Below, in pieces: positions 46,058 through 55,474 of a DNA stretch of 64,000 nt. The translations under genes were made by a program, and so were the position numbers. Below the pieces are notes generated by a model that made no database searches, was not told the DNA's origin, and was given only the letters and a program-made list of their open reading frames with translations. Position 1 is the stretch's first letter; each line of letters begins with the position of its first letter. The DNA is taken from IMG/VR virus record IMGVR_UViG_3300049027_000140, positions 34,116 through 98,115 of that record; one strand, written 5' to 3'. Source of the stretch: a virus.

Positions 46058-46644
46058 CAGCTATTCAACGGCTTTGCGGCGGAGCTCGTAGTTGTATCGG
46101 AGCCCCATCCAGAGTGCGACTTGAGCTCGAGTGAGCTCATGCACTGGGCGGCAGTAGTACGCATGAAGATCCACCGCAAACCTGGCCGCATCCTCAAGAA
46201 AGGGCGCTCGTCCTCGGACGTGGCCACCTCCACGACCTTCGCGACGAACTCGTCGCCCGTGAGGGTGAGCTGCTGCGGGGCGCAGCGGTCCTGCCAGATC
46301 TGCTGCGCCTCGAAGAGGTAGGCGATGCGGTCGCGGTCGAGCCCCAGCCGGATCTCCTCCTCGCTGGAGAAGAACGGCACCGGCGCCTCGTCAGGCGATT
46401 CAGGGTCGCTGTACGAGAGGAGGATCGTGAAGCGGGCGAAGGCGCGGTCGTAGAGGGTGTTGCCGGGCTTCGGGTCCTCCACGCCGAGCTTCTTCGCGTG
46501 CTCACGCGCGAGCCGGTCGATCTCCTCGTCCTCGTCGTCGAGGAGCGCGCGCACGGCCACATTGGTGACCTCGCCGCTGGCGAGCGGCAGGTCAACCGGG
46601 TGCCGCCCCCGCGTCCCTCTCGCGATATCTCGAAACCTCGGCAT
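46057..46644 (-). CDS. Tail assembly chaperone 1
   Basis: Immediately after the tube gene. Confidence 0.65.
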   Translation of the reverse strand: MPRFRDIARGTRGRHPVDLPLASGEVTNVAVRALLDDEDEEIDRLAREHAKKLGVEDPKPGNTLYDRAFARFTILLSYSDPESPDEAPVPFFSSEEEIRLGLDRDRIAYLFEAQQIWQDRCAPQQLTLTGDEFVAKVVEVATSEDERPFLRMRPGLRWIFMRTTAAQCMSSLELKSHSGWGSDTTTSSAAKPLNS

Positions 46645-47018
46645 CAGGCGAACTCGGGCTCGCCGCCCTCGGCGGTGAACGCGCCCTTCACCGTGCCGGC
46701 GCGGGAGTCGAAGTTGTACGAGCGGCTCATGATGCGCATCGTCAGGAGTTCGGCGCGGCCGTCGATGATGACGGCGACCTGTGCGTACTCCTTGTTCTTG
46801 ATGATGTTGCTGAAGGTAATCTCGTGGCCCACGGCTGGCACGACCGTGTTGAAGGTGAGCCGCGTGATCCCGGCGCCGTCCGAGTGGCCCATCCAGCCCT
46901 CGGAGCCGAACTGCGCCTCGTCGCCGGAGTTGTGCTCGTACGTGCCGCTCTCGATCTCCGCGACCTTGCGGCTGTTGATGTAGACCGAGGCGTTCCTGAA
47001 CGTCTTGGGGGCTGCCAT
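46644..47018 (-). CDS. Tail tube protein
   Basis: 124-aa beta protein directly after sheath; G..GHSDG motif. Confidence 0.8.
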   Translation of the reverse strand: MAAPKTFRNASVYINSRKVAEIESGTYEHNSGDEAQFGSEGWMGHSDGAGITRLTFNTVVPAVGHEITFSNIIKNKEYAQVAVIIDGRAELLTMRIMSRSYNFDSRAGTVKGAFTAEGGEPEFA

Positions 47019-47026
47019 GGGCTACC

Positions 47027-48523
47027 TCACGCCGCCATCTGGCGCACGGAGACGCCGATCTGGTGCTGGCTGGGAGCGACGACGACCGGGCAGATCGACA
47101 TGATCCGCTTCGCCGCGCTGTTGTACTCGCTGGTGGGAAGGTGCGTGTCGACGTCGATGATCTGCGGCGGGCTCGCGCTCTCGAGGTCCTTGAGGTACTT
47201 GACGGTGCGCTGCGTCCACCGCTTCGGGGTCGCCACGCCGGCGGGCCGTTCCTTCCCGTCGGGCAGGTCGTCCGCGACGCGCGGGTTCGCAGGCTTGAAC
47301 TCACTGAGCCAGACGAGACGCAGCCCGTCGCGCACGTAGTCGGGCACCACCGCCTCGCTCGTGTCGAGGGTGTTGTAGTCCGGCGTCGTGCCGTTCAGGC
47401 AGCGCGTGGTGATCGAGCGGCAGACGACGACGCGCCCGTCGTTCGTGGTGAGCAGCGGCGTGACGCCGTTGTCGAGGCACGCGCTCTGCGTCGACACGCT
47501 CGGCCAGTCGGCCACGAAGGCCTGCGGCGCTATGCCGAGGAGCTGCTTGTCGTCGTACGAGGCGCCCGGGTCGTCGCCCTCGGTCGCGGCGCGCAGCGCG
47601 GCCATGGCCGCCGCCGTCTCGCTCGGGTGCGACTCGCCGTTTAGCTGCCAGAGGTTCTGGAAGCGCGGGTCGTTGAGCGTGGCCGTGGAGAGCGACGCCG
47701 CGGCCGACTGCGTGCCGTTCGTCGCGACGACGACGTGCTCCATGCGACCCTCGGTGGGGCCCGCCTTCGCGTTGATGTGCGTGCGCCAGCGACCGAGGTT
47801 GGTCGCGTCGTTCTGCGCGATCGCGATGCGCTGGTACCAGCCGGAGTAGATCGCCGTGAGCAGGGTCGTGACGTCCGTGGTCCCGGTGCCGCCGGTGAAC
47901 TTCACCCCGCCGCCTGTGACCGAGGCGCCGCCTGCCAGCGTGACGGTGACGCCCGCCGCGAGCAGCGTCTCGTCCTTGTGTAGGACGTACTGGTTGCCCT
48001 CGACGCCAGCGCTCTTCACCTCGAGGGTGACCTCGCCGGCATCGTTCACCGCGGTGACCGGCAGCCACGGCTTCTCCGAGAACGCCGTCACGGTCGCGTC
48101 GCCAATATCGGTCGCGGTGTCGCCGCTCGAGATGGTCACGGAGACGGTCTCGCCGCCGACGCGGAAGAACACCTCGCCAGAGCTCGACGCGGGGCCGGCG
48201 AACGTGATGGTCGCCGAGGCGCCCACCGCGCCGCCCGCGCGGGCCGGCGCCGCGAGCCAGATCCGGACGTTGGGCACCCTGGACGCCGCGGCGAACATGC
48301 GCGCGAGCTGGCTGCCCTCGCCGGCGTACGCGTTGGCCTCGTCCTGGTCGAAGGCCTGCACGGGGCTGCCGTTCTCGGTCATCGTGCCGTCGTCGCTGAT
48401 GAGACCGACGAGAAGTAGGTTGATGGGGATCGACCCCTGCGCGAGCGCCCCGGCGCCGAAGATGGTCTCCGCGGCGAACATCGGGACCTTGAAAGACGAG
48501 CTGAAGCCGACGATTTGGATCAC
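47027..48523 (-). CDS. Contractile tail sheath protein (Mu gpL-like)
   Basis: GEGSQLARM, LPVTA, K..G.EGN, L.NGVTPL, RSITT motifs. Confidence 0.93.
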   Translation of the reverse strand: MIQIVGFSSSFKVPMFAAETIFGAGALAQGSIPINLLLVGLISDDGTMTENGSPVQAFDQDEANAYAGEGSQLARMFAAASRVPNVRIWLAAPARAGGAVGASATITFAGPASSSGEVFFRVGGETVSVTISSGDTATDIGDATVTAFSEKPWLPVTAVNDAGEVTLEVKSAGVEGNQYVLHKDETLLAAGVTVTLAGGASVTGGGVKFTGGTGTTDVTTLLTAIYSGWYQRIAIAQNDATNLGRWRTHINAKAGPTEGRMEHVVVATNGTQSAAASLSTATLNDPRFQNLWQLNGESHPSETAAAMAALRAATEGDDPGASYDDKQLLGIAPQAFVADWPSVSTQSACLDNGVTPLLTTNDGRVVVCRSITTRCLNGTTPDYNTLDTSEAVVPDYVRDGLRLVWLSEFKPANPRVADDLPDGKERPAGVATPKRWTQRTVKYLKDLESASPPQIIDVDTHLPTSEYNSAAKRIMSICPVVVAPSQHQIGVSVRQMAA

Positions 48524-49230
48524 TTCGTCCCTCCGTGCGCCTCAGCGGGCGTGGTGTCCGTGCTCGCGTTCGCGAACGCATCGGTCGCCTCTCGGATCGG
48601 CTGAAGGTCGCCGGTCCTCTCGACGAACTCGGGCGCTTCCGGCCCCGCGCTGTCGGCCGGCGGCGCGCCATCGGCCTCAGGAGCAGTGGCCGGCAGCGTC
48701 GGGATGTGAGCCGGCGTCTCCGCGTCAGCCGTCGTCGCAGCCTCTGCGACCTGCGGCGCCTCCTCGCGCGTGAACGCCGGGTCCTTGCCGGTCGCGGCCT
48801 TGTACTCGTCGAAGGCTCTGCTCCGCGCGTCGGCCAGCGCCTGCGCGGGCTCCACGTACTTCGCGCGCCCGCCGAACACCTTCGCGAAGGTCTCCTCGTT
48901 CGCGGCGATGAGCGACCCCTCGCGGATGCGGTCGAGGTAGTGCGCGGTCGACGGGATATCGACAGACTCTTTCGCGAACGTGAACTTCACCGTCTGCGGC
49001 CGGGGGCGCGGGTCACCGGTCCACGCCGTGTCGCGGCCGCCCCGGCGCACCTTGGGCCGATCGGCGTAGTCGGCCTGGAACTGCGTGCGCTTCGGGTCGA
49101 GCTTCGCGCCGACCCACATGCGCTTTCCTGCCGCATGGCCAGGGTCCGCAGGGCATGCCCCCTGCGGCTCGCCGTCCCCGTCGATGAACGTGTACGGGTT
49201 CGGCAGGACGAGCAATCGCTCCTGCTGCAT
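48520..49230 (-). CDS. Pre-sheath protein (DUF2635/Mu gp38-like motif)
   Basis: VDIPSTAHYLDRIREGSLI; position. Confidence 0.55.
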   Translation of the reverse strand: MQQERLLVLPNPYTFIDGDGEPQGACPADPGHAAGKRMWVGAKLDPKRTQFQADYADRPKVRRGGRDTAWTGDPRPRPQTVKFTFAKESVDIPSTAHYLDRIREGSLIAANEETFAKVFGGRAKYVEPAQALADARSRAFDEYKAATGKDPAFTREEAPQVAEAATTADAETPAHIPTLPATAPEADGAPPADSAGPEAPEFVERTGDLQPIREATDAFANASTDTTPAEAHGGTK

Positions 49231-49249
49231 ATGCTGTCTCGCTTTCGGG

Positions 49250-50347
49250 TCAGTCGTAGAAGGCGCTGTCGATCACAGAGCCGTCACGGCGGACGAAGGT
49301 CTGGTTGGCGCCGGCGTTCACGCCGTCGGCGCCGTCGCCGTCATCGAGGAGGTCGTACTGCTCCAGGTCGGGCACGAGCCGCTCCTCGACCTCGAGGATC
49401 ACCTCGAGCGCGTCGTAGGGCTCCACGTTGCCCTGGCCCGCTGGCATGTTGACGGTCTTGGGCGTCGGCCGGGTCGCGCGGATCTCCTGGAGACCTGCGG
49501 CGGAGAGAACGTGAGTCCCGAGCCCGACGCGCGCAGCCAATCCGAGCTGCATCGTGAGCCCGGTGCCCGTCTGCGCCCCGATGGCGACCGACGTCACGCG
49601 GGCGAAGTCGTAGTGGGCGTGGACGATGCCCGTGCCGGCGATCTCTTGCTCGACGGCGATCTCCTGGCCGAGCACGTTGAGCCCGGTCCAGGTCACGGTC
49701 GAGCCGACCGCCACGTCGGTGCCCGGGCCGGAGATGGTGATCGTCGGGCTGCGCGGCGGGGTCATCTCGGCGCCGCCCACCTCGCCGTCAAGGTCCGCGC
49801 CGGAGAGCTCCACAGGGTCCGTCGAGCTCGCAAACGCTGTCGCGATCGCGTCCGGGTCCGCCTCGAAGCTCGGCGCGAACGTGTCGGTATCGCCCTCCTG
49901 GACGTAGGCCGGGTGACGACCTGCATCCAGCGCGGCGTCGATGATCTTGCCGATGGCGTTCGCGAAGGGGGCGCGCACGGCGGACTTCGGGTCCGTCGTC
50001 TGCCGGAGGAGCCACCAGACGGTCCATGTCGACCTGGCTGTCCGGTAGTCGGCCGCGGCGTCCTCGAAGGTGCCGCCCTGGCTCCGGAACACGTAAAGTG
50101 CCGGCAGCGGCGTCTCCGAGAAGGCGGTGTTGACCGGGTCGGCCCAGAGGGCCCGGTTGACCGGCGCGTCCTTGGTGCCCTTGCCGATCAGCGTCGCGAT
50201 CGACCGCCACGCCGCGCCGGCTCGCGCGTTGATGACGGCCATGAGGAAGTCGGCGATGACCTTGAGCGCCGGGTCCCCGCAGGGCTCCTGGCGCCCGTCC
50301 TCGACCGCGGGGATGTCGAGCGGGATGGCTCCGTAGCGGTCGGCCAT
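49250..50347 (-). CDS. Tail terminator/completion protein with inserted beta domain
   Basis: LPALYVFR motif; position. Confidence 0.6.
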   Translation of the reverse strand: MADRYGAIPLDIPAVEDGRQEPCGDPALKVIADFLMAVINARAGAAWRSIATLIGKGTKDAPVNRALWADPVNTAFSETPLPALYVFRSQGGTFEDAAADYRTARSTWTVWWLLRQTTDPKSAVRAPFANAIGKIIDAALDAGRHPAYVQEGDTDTFAPSFEADPDAIATAFASSTDPVELSGADLDGEVGGAEMTPPRSPTITISGPGTDVAVGSTVTWTGLNVLGQEIAVEQEIAGTGIVHAHYDFARVTSVAIGAQTGTGLTMQLGLAARVGLGTHVLSAAGLQEIRATRPTPKTVNMPAGQGNVEPYDALEVILEVEERLVPDLEQYDLLDDGDGADGVNAGANQTFVRRDGSVIDSAFYD

Positions 50348-50886
50348 CAGTACCTGTCCGCGATGCTCTGGGCGCGCGCGACGGAGACGCCGATCTCGCG
50401 CAGGAACGTCCGCTCGATCTGGTGGACGCCCGCCGCCATGTATCCGGTCGCCTGCGTCCCAGGGTGGTTCACGACGCGCGCGAAGTGCACCTGGCCGCCG
50501 GCGTCATGCCAGCGGAGCGCAACCCGGTGCGTGCCGATGTCGGTCTCGCTGCGTCGCCCCTGGCCGGACCGGACCGGACCCCTGAGCCCGCTCTCTACCT
50601 TCGGGCGGATCTGGTGCGGCCGCGTCCCCGCCTCGAGGAACGAGGCATGCGGCACGAGGCTGTTGAGCGTGCCGGCACCGCCGGTCGCCGTCGTGAAGTC
50701 CACCGTGCCGCGGGTGTTACGCCTGGTCTCGCCGGTCCGGTCCTTCCAGCGGCCGGTGGACAGCGCCGCGGCCTCGCCCTCGGCGAGGCCCATGACGAAG
50801 CCGCGCACCGTGCCGCGCGCGAGCTCCGCCACGATGTCGCGCCAGGCGTGCTCGATGTCGCTGGTGTCGAGGGCGATCGCGAACAT
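50347..50886 (-). CDS. Neck/tail-completion protein (HK97 gp10-like)
   Basis: WKDRTG.TR, ASFLE.GTRPH.IRP, VNHPGT. Confidence 0.8.
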   Translation of the reverse strand: MFAIALDTSDIEHAWRDIVAELARGTVRGFVMGLAEGEAAALSTGRWKDRTGETRRNTRGTVDFTTATGGAGTLNSLVPHASFLEAGTRPHQIRPKVESGLRGPVRSGQGRRSETDIGTHRVALRWHDAGGQVHFARVVNHPGTQATGYMAAGVHQIERTFLREIGVSVARAQSIADRY

Positions 50887-51362
50887 CAGAAGAACCCCCA
50901 CTTGCCGCGGCCGCCGGAGAAGATCGGGCCGAGGTTGCCGGTGAGCCGCCCGGGCGTCGGGTAGACGGCGCCGCCGTGGTTCGCGGCCGGGTCCGGGGGC
51001 CGTTGGCCGAGCGAGCGCTTCGCCGTCCGCACCCGGTCGAGGTCCTTGTCGAGGGCCTCTTTCAGCTCCAGCCAGTTCATCCGGATCACCGTCGGGTGGC
51101 GCTTCGCGAGGAACATCTCCGCGGCGTCGAGCGAGAGCCTGATGCACTCGTTAGGAACCGCGTTGGCCGCGAAGGGGTAGTTCGGGTAGACGTCCGCGAG
51201 CGCCGCGCCCACGTAGCTGTCCGAGTCGCGCTGGAGGCGCTCCAGGGGGCCTGGCTTGACCGCTCCGGCATCGGCCGTTCCCTCGTTGTCGTCGTCGAGA
51301 AGCTCGGCGACCCGGTACTCGGAGAGGCGGTCTTGCAGGTCTTCGAGTGTCCACCAGGGCAT
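50886..51362 (-). CDS. Head-tail adaptor (Mu gp36/DUF1320-like)
   Basis: T.EDL..R, L.DDDN.G..D, DSYV...L...Y..P. Confidence 0.8.
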   Translation of the reverse strand: MPWWTLEDLQDRLSEYRVAELLDDDNEGTADAGAVKPGPLERLQRDSDSYVGAALADVYPNYPFAANAVPNECIRLSLDAAEMFLAKRHPTVIRMNWLELKEALDKDLDRVRTAKRSLGQRPPDPAANHGGAVYPTPGRLTGNLGPIFSGGRGKWGFF

Positions 51363-51565
51363 GGGTCACCTCGACGCGGTGTCGGAGCGCTGGAGGGCGC
51401 GAGAGGTCAGCCGCGGCACCCGCCGTGTGAGGGCCATGAGGAGGGCCGCCGCGAGCTGGAGACGCGCCCAGAGCGCCACCAGGCAGACGCGTGTCGCCTC
51501 CCACCGGCCCGGCCGAGGCGGGGGCCATGGTCCACGCCCGTACCAGGCACTCCAGTCGAGCGGCA

Positions 51566-52249
51566 TCAGAGCCGGCGGAAGGCGCGCGGGTGGGCGTCCA
51601 CGTCGCGGCTGCGGAACTCGCCGGCCCGGTTGGGCTTCCAGCTCCGGGCGGCGGCGCCCTCCACGTCGAAGCCAGCCGCCTCGACGTTGTGTCGCGTGAC
51701 GGCCCAGACGTAGCCGAGCCGGGCGCGCCGCGGGGGCTCGAAGCCTTCGGCGACGGGCGCGTCGACCTTCGGCTCCGGCACGGGCGGCCTGAACTCGCGG
51801 TCGAACTCCTCGTTCTCGCCCTGCGGCGGGTAGTCGCCCGGGTCGTGGATCCACCGGTCGCCGGTGATGTGCTGCGTCTGGATCGGCCAGTTGCGGCCGA
51901 GCGCGGGGATCCAGAGCAGCGCCTGCGTCCCCTCCTCGCGGATCTCCCGCACCTCGGCGCGCACCGAGAGGTTGCCCTCGAAGTGCTCGCAGCGGAGGCG
52001 ATCGCCCACCGCGAGGCCGGGAGGCCCGTGCGGCACCTCGGCCGCCGTGGGACCGATGAGGGGCGGGCTGCTCGGGGGCAGCGCCTCGGTGGCGGCGTCG
52101 GGGGCGCCCGCCATCTCCCCCGCCGTCGGCTCCTCGAACGGCGCATCGCCGTCCGCGCCGTCATCGAACGCGTCGCCGAGGAGATCGGCGCCGCCGGTCT
52201 CGGAGGCCGAGGGTTGCCCGACGCCTCCCCTGCGATGACGGCGGCTCAT
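51566..52249 (-). CDS. Hypothetical acidic protein after capsid gene
   Basis: TGATG coupling to capsid gene. Confidence 0.55.
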   Translation of the reverse strand: MSRRHRRGGVGQPSASETGGADLLGDAFDDGADGDAPFEEPTAGEMAGAPDAATEALPPSSPPLIGPTAAEVPHGPPGLAVGDRLRCEHFEGNLSVRAEVREIREEGTQALLWIPALGRNWPIQTQHITGDRWIHDPGDYPPQGENEEFDREFRPPVPEPKVDAPVAEGFEPPRRARLGYVWAVTRHNVEAAGFDVEGAAARSWKPNRAGEFRSRDVDAHPRAFRRL

Positions 52250-53403
52250 CAGATCGGGGTGTTGATGAGGAAGGCGGTGTCGGCCGCGACGATCTTGCGA
52301 TCCTCGAAGTGGGACCGCTTGTAGGTCCAGCTACCGATCGGACCCTCCTTCGGGTCGAACCAGAGCTGCTGGAAGACGCCGTTGACGAAGCCGGGGGCGG
52401 TCGCGGCGGACGCCCCCGTGCCGGTCCAGCGGAAGGTGTAGCCGAGGCTCGCGTTGCGCTGCATCGGCGCATCCGACACGTGCGCGATGACGAAGGCGTT
52501 CCCCCAGATCCGCTCGTAGTCGGCCGTCTGGCCGATGTTCGCCGTGTCGGTGCGGGCGTCCGAGACGAGGAGGCCGTCGAGGCCGGTGATCTCGAGGAAC
52601 GCCGCCGGGCTCACGGCCCCGCGCTCGTTCATGCCGAGCATGCCCAGCAGGCCGGTGTTCAGGGCGATCTGATTCCAGACCTCGAGGCTGGTCGCCGCGA
52701 CGAGCCGCGTGTTGCCGCGCCCGGGCCACATCGCCGCCTTCGCGGTGAGGATGTTCGCCAGGATCGTGGCGGTGTCGGTGTTCCACTTATCGTCGCCGGT
52801 CAGCGTCATGACGTTGCTGGCGCTGTAGTTGTCCGGGTCGGTGACCATCTCGGCGATCTCGCGCTCGCGGTTGAGCGCAAGGTCGTGGTTCACGTCCTCC
52901 TGGAGCTGGAGGAGTTCGTTGAGCGGCTGCGGCGAGTTCAGGATGACCTGCGCCTCGACCACGCCCTTGAGCTGGTCGTCCTTGACCGAGTAGGTCGAGG
53001 TCGAGAGACGCCGGTTGATCTCGTTCGCGTCGCCGCGCTGGCCGCGCCCCTTGGTCTTCGGCTTCTGGAGGCGGTCGCGCCGCTCCCACACGTTGAACTG
53101 CGCGCTCATCGCCTCGACCGGGACGACGGGGAAGAGCTCGAGCCCGATGAGGTCCTCGGCGGCGTAGGCGATCGACAGGTTGTTGAGCACCGGGACGCCC
53201 TGCATGTCGCCGGGCGACATTTCCCTCTTCTTGAGGGCCATGTCGGTGCTCCGCTGGACGAGCGCCTTCATGCGCGGATCGCCGGCCTGGGCATCCTCGA
53301 GCATGCTCGTGAAGCCCATCTTCTTCGCTGCGTACTTGCTCGCGAGGCTGGTGCCGTCGCGGTTCGGGCCCTTGCCGGCCTTGTAGTGGACGATCGTGGA
53401 CAT
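52249..53403 (-). CDS. Major capsid protein
   Basis: LNNLSIAY..IG.ELFPVVPV, RE.EIA, IWGN, GYTF; GGAGG RBS. Confidence 0.88.
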   Translation of the reverse strand: MSTIVHYKAGKGPNRDGTSLASKYAAKKMGFTSMLEDAQAGDPRMKALVQRSTDMALKKREMSPGDMQGVPVLNNLSIAYAAEDLIGLELFPVVPVEAMSAQFNVWERRDRLQKPKTKGRGQRGDANEINRRLSTSTYSVKDDQLKGVVEAQVILNSPQPLNELLQLQEDVNHDLALNREREIAEMVTDPDNYSASNVMTLTGDDKWNTDTATILANILTAKAAMWPGRGNTRLVAATSLEVWNQIALNTGLLGMLGMNERGAVSPAAFLEITGLDGLLVSDARTDTANIGQTADYERIWGNAFVIAHVSDAPMQRNASLGYTFRWTGTGASAATAPGFVNGVFQQLWFDPKEGPIGSWTYKRSHFEDRKIVAADTAFLINTPI

Positions 53404-53494
53404 GACACCTCCGCCGTCGCGGCGGAGCCGCGCGTGCGTGTGAATCCTTGTTGGAGCTGCTGTGGAGTCGGCGACGGGTGGCCGCCGTCAGAGG

Positions 53495-53935
53495 TCAGGC
53501 GGTGGAGAGAGACGAGGGCGCGATACCGATCGCCACGAAGTCGCCGGCCACGCCGGTCGCGAGGAAGATCCCGGGGCTGTGGACGCGGGCGGCGGTGCCG
53601 TGGGCGGCCGCGTTGGTGAGGCCGTCGGTCGTGGCCACGGCGCGCGAGCCGCGCGTGGCGCCGCCGGTGCCGACGCGCGCCCACTGCACGACGCTGAAGA
53701 TATGCAGCGCGTCGAACTGCTCGCCCGCGGCGTAGGACGTGCCGGGGTCGCCCTTGGCGATGGCGAACACGACGGACGTGGCCGCCGTCGCCTCGCGCGC
53801 GTTGACGTAATCCTCGCTGCCGTTCGTGTCGGTGGCGTCGAGGACAATGGGCATGCCGGCTCGGACGGTCTGCCCGGCGGGCACGGTGTACCGGCCCCAG
53901 TCGGCGAAGTTGAGCCTGCGCTCCGGAGTATGCAT
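53495..53935 (-). CDS. Capsid decoration/cement protein (DUF2190-like)
   Basis: Small Gly/Ala/Thr-rich protein between protease and capsid genes; G.AT.G..V, AGD.V.I. Confidence 0.7.
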   Translation of the reverse strand: MHTPERRLNFADWGRYTVPAGQTVRAGMPIVLDATDTNGSEDYVNAREATAATSVVFAIAKGDPGTSYAAGEQFDALHIFSVVQWARVGTGGATRGSRAVATTDGLTNAAAHGTAARVHSPGIFLATGVAGDFVAIGIAPSSLSTA

Positions 53936-54015
53936 GGAGGTCTCCTGCACGGGGCGCAGCGGCCCCGTTCACGTGATCTGGTTGTGGTCGGGAGGTGCGA
54001 GCGCCGGGCGGCGCG

Positions 54016-55434
54016 TCAGCGGGTGAGCGAAGTGGCGGTGTTGTTCGCGGCGCGGGACTTCTGGAGCTCCGCGGTGCGCTTCTCCATCTCGGCGAACAGC
54101 GCGGCATCGTCGCCGACGCTGCTCAGCTGCTGCACCGGCGGCTTTTCGTCGGGCTTGGAGGTGTCCGGCGTGCGCTCCACGACGTCGCTCCGGAGGGCCC
54201 CGGCGGCGACGCCCTTCTGGCGGGTCTCGGCGACGTCGGCGGCGTAGCCATCGGGGTCGGTCGCGGCGCGCTTCGCGAGGCGCTGCGCCTGGGCCGGCGA
54301 GAGCTGCCACGGGTCGAGCCCCGTGAGCGGCCCGAGCTCCAGCGCGGCCTTGGCCGAGATCGCCTCGTCCGCCTTCTTCTTCTCGTCGTCGGCGCGCTTC
54401 GCGGCCGCGTCGCGCTCCTGGGTGAGCGTCGTCTTCGCGCTCTCCGCCGCGGTCGCGCGCTCCTCGGCGCTCTTCGCGCGGGTCTCCGCCTCGGCCTTGG
54501 CCTGCTCGGCGGCCTTGGCGCGCTCCTCGGATGCCTTCGCGCGGGCGGAGAGGTCCTTGTGCTCCTGGGCGAGCTGCACGACGCCCGGCGCCTCGAGCAC
54601 CATCACGCCCTTGCACTCCTCGCACTCGTGCGTGATCACGCCGCGGCGCCCGAGGTCCTCGTGCTGCTCCTGGGTGAGCTTCCTGATCTTCATGACGTTC
54701 TTCCTCATGCCGGCAGCCGCCGGGTTGTTGTTTTGACCCCGCTGGCTGCGGGCGGTCGGGATGGAGTGCACCGCGTTCTTGGCGCGCTCCTCCAGCATCT
54801 TGGACATGCGCTCTTCGGTCGACTCGATCACCAGCGCATCGGGGTTCGCCCCCATGGGGCAGATCGAGAACTCGTAGAGTTCGTTCTGGTCGCAGACCGT
54901 GCGCTCGACGCCGTTGATCGTCTCGCGAGAGACCTTGTGCGGCTTGAAGCCGACGCTGCCCGCCTTGAGCATCCCCTCAACGAGCATGTCGAAGACGATG
55001 ACCGCGAACGGGTTCTTGACGCTGAACTGCGGCGTGATCAGGAGCTGGTCGTTCTCGACGACGTGGCGCACCGACCGCCCGACGGGCAGCGTGGGGACCG
55101 CCCAGTCGTTGTTGTGCGCCCACAGGATCACGGGGTTCCTGTCGAACCGGGTGAAGATCCAGTTCTGGCGCAGCACCTCGCCGTAGGAGTCGACGGCCTC
55201 GGTGGACGCTACGTAGTCGACCTGCCGCTCTGCCTCGCGCACCGCTCGCACGTGGACCGCCCGCATGTGCAGGCCATCCGGTCCCTTCGCGGGATCTCGT
55301 CTCTTCGCGGCGCCCGCGTCGGAGGCGACGGAGAGGAGGTCGGCTCGGGTGTCGTCGTCGAGCCCTCCCGCGTTGAGGGTGAAGACGGCGATGGCGCGCG
55401 CGAGGGCGTCGAGTCTGTGCTCATGGGTCTTCAT
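54016..55434 (-). CDS. HK97-type prohead protease fused to coiled-coil scaffold
   Basis: ASTE.VDSYGE, NPVILWAH, LKAGSVGF, ELYEFS.CP.GANPDA. Confidence 0.9.
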   Translation of the reverse strand: MKTHEHRLDALARAIAVFTLNAGGLDDDTRADLLSVASDAGAAKRRDPAKGPDGLHMRAVHVRAVREAERQVDYVASTEAVDSYGEVLRQNWIFTRFDRNPVILWAHNNDWAVPTLPVGRSVRHVVENDQLLITPQFSVKNPFAVIVFDMLVEGMLKAGSVGFKPHKVSRETINGVERTVCDQNELYEFSICPMGANPDALVIESTEERMSKMLEERAKNAVHSIPTARSQRGQNNNPAAAGMRKNVMKIRKLTQEQHEDLGRRGVITHECEECKGVMVLEAPGVVQLAQEHKDLSARAKASEERAKAAEQAKAEAETRAKSAEERATAAESAKTTLTQERDAAAKRADDEKKKADEAISAKAALELGPLTGLDPWQLSPAQAQRLAKRAATDPDGYAADVAETRQKGVAAGALRSDVVERTPDTSKPDEKPPVQQLSSVGDDAALFAEMEKRTAELQKSRAANNTATSLTR

Positions 55435-55474
55435 GGTGGCTCATCGCCCGGCGCGCGGCTGGGCTGGTTGTGGT

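Noticed and set aside
43115-46321. 1068-aa plus-strand ORF, and similar long ORFs such as 49085-50944, 24405-26333 and 1380-3203
   Set aside because: Antisense shadows of real genes caused by high-GC codon bias; Arg/Gly/Ala-rich with no motifs.
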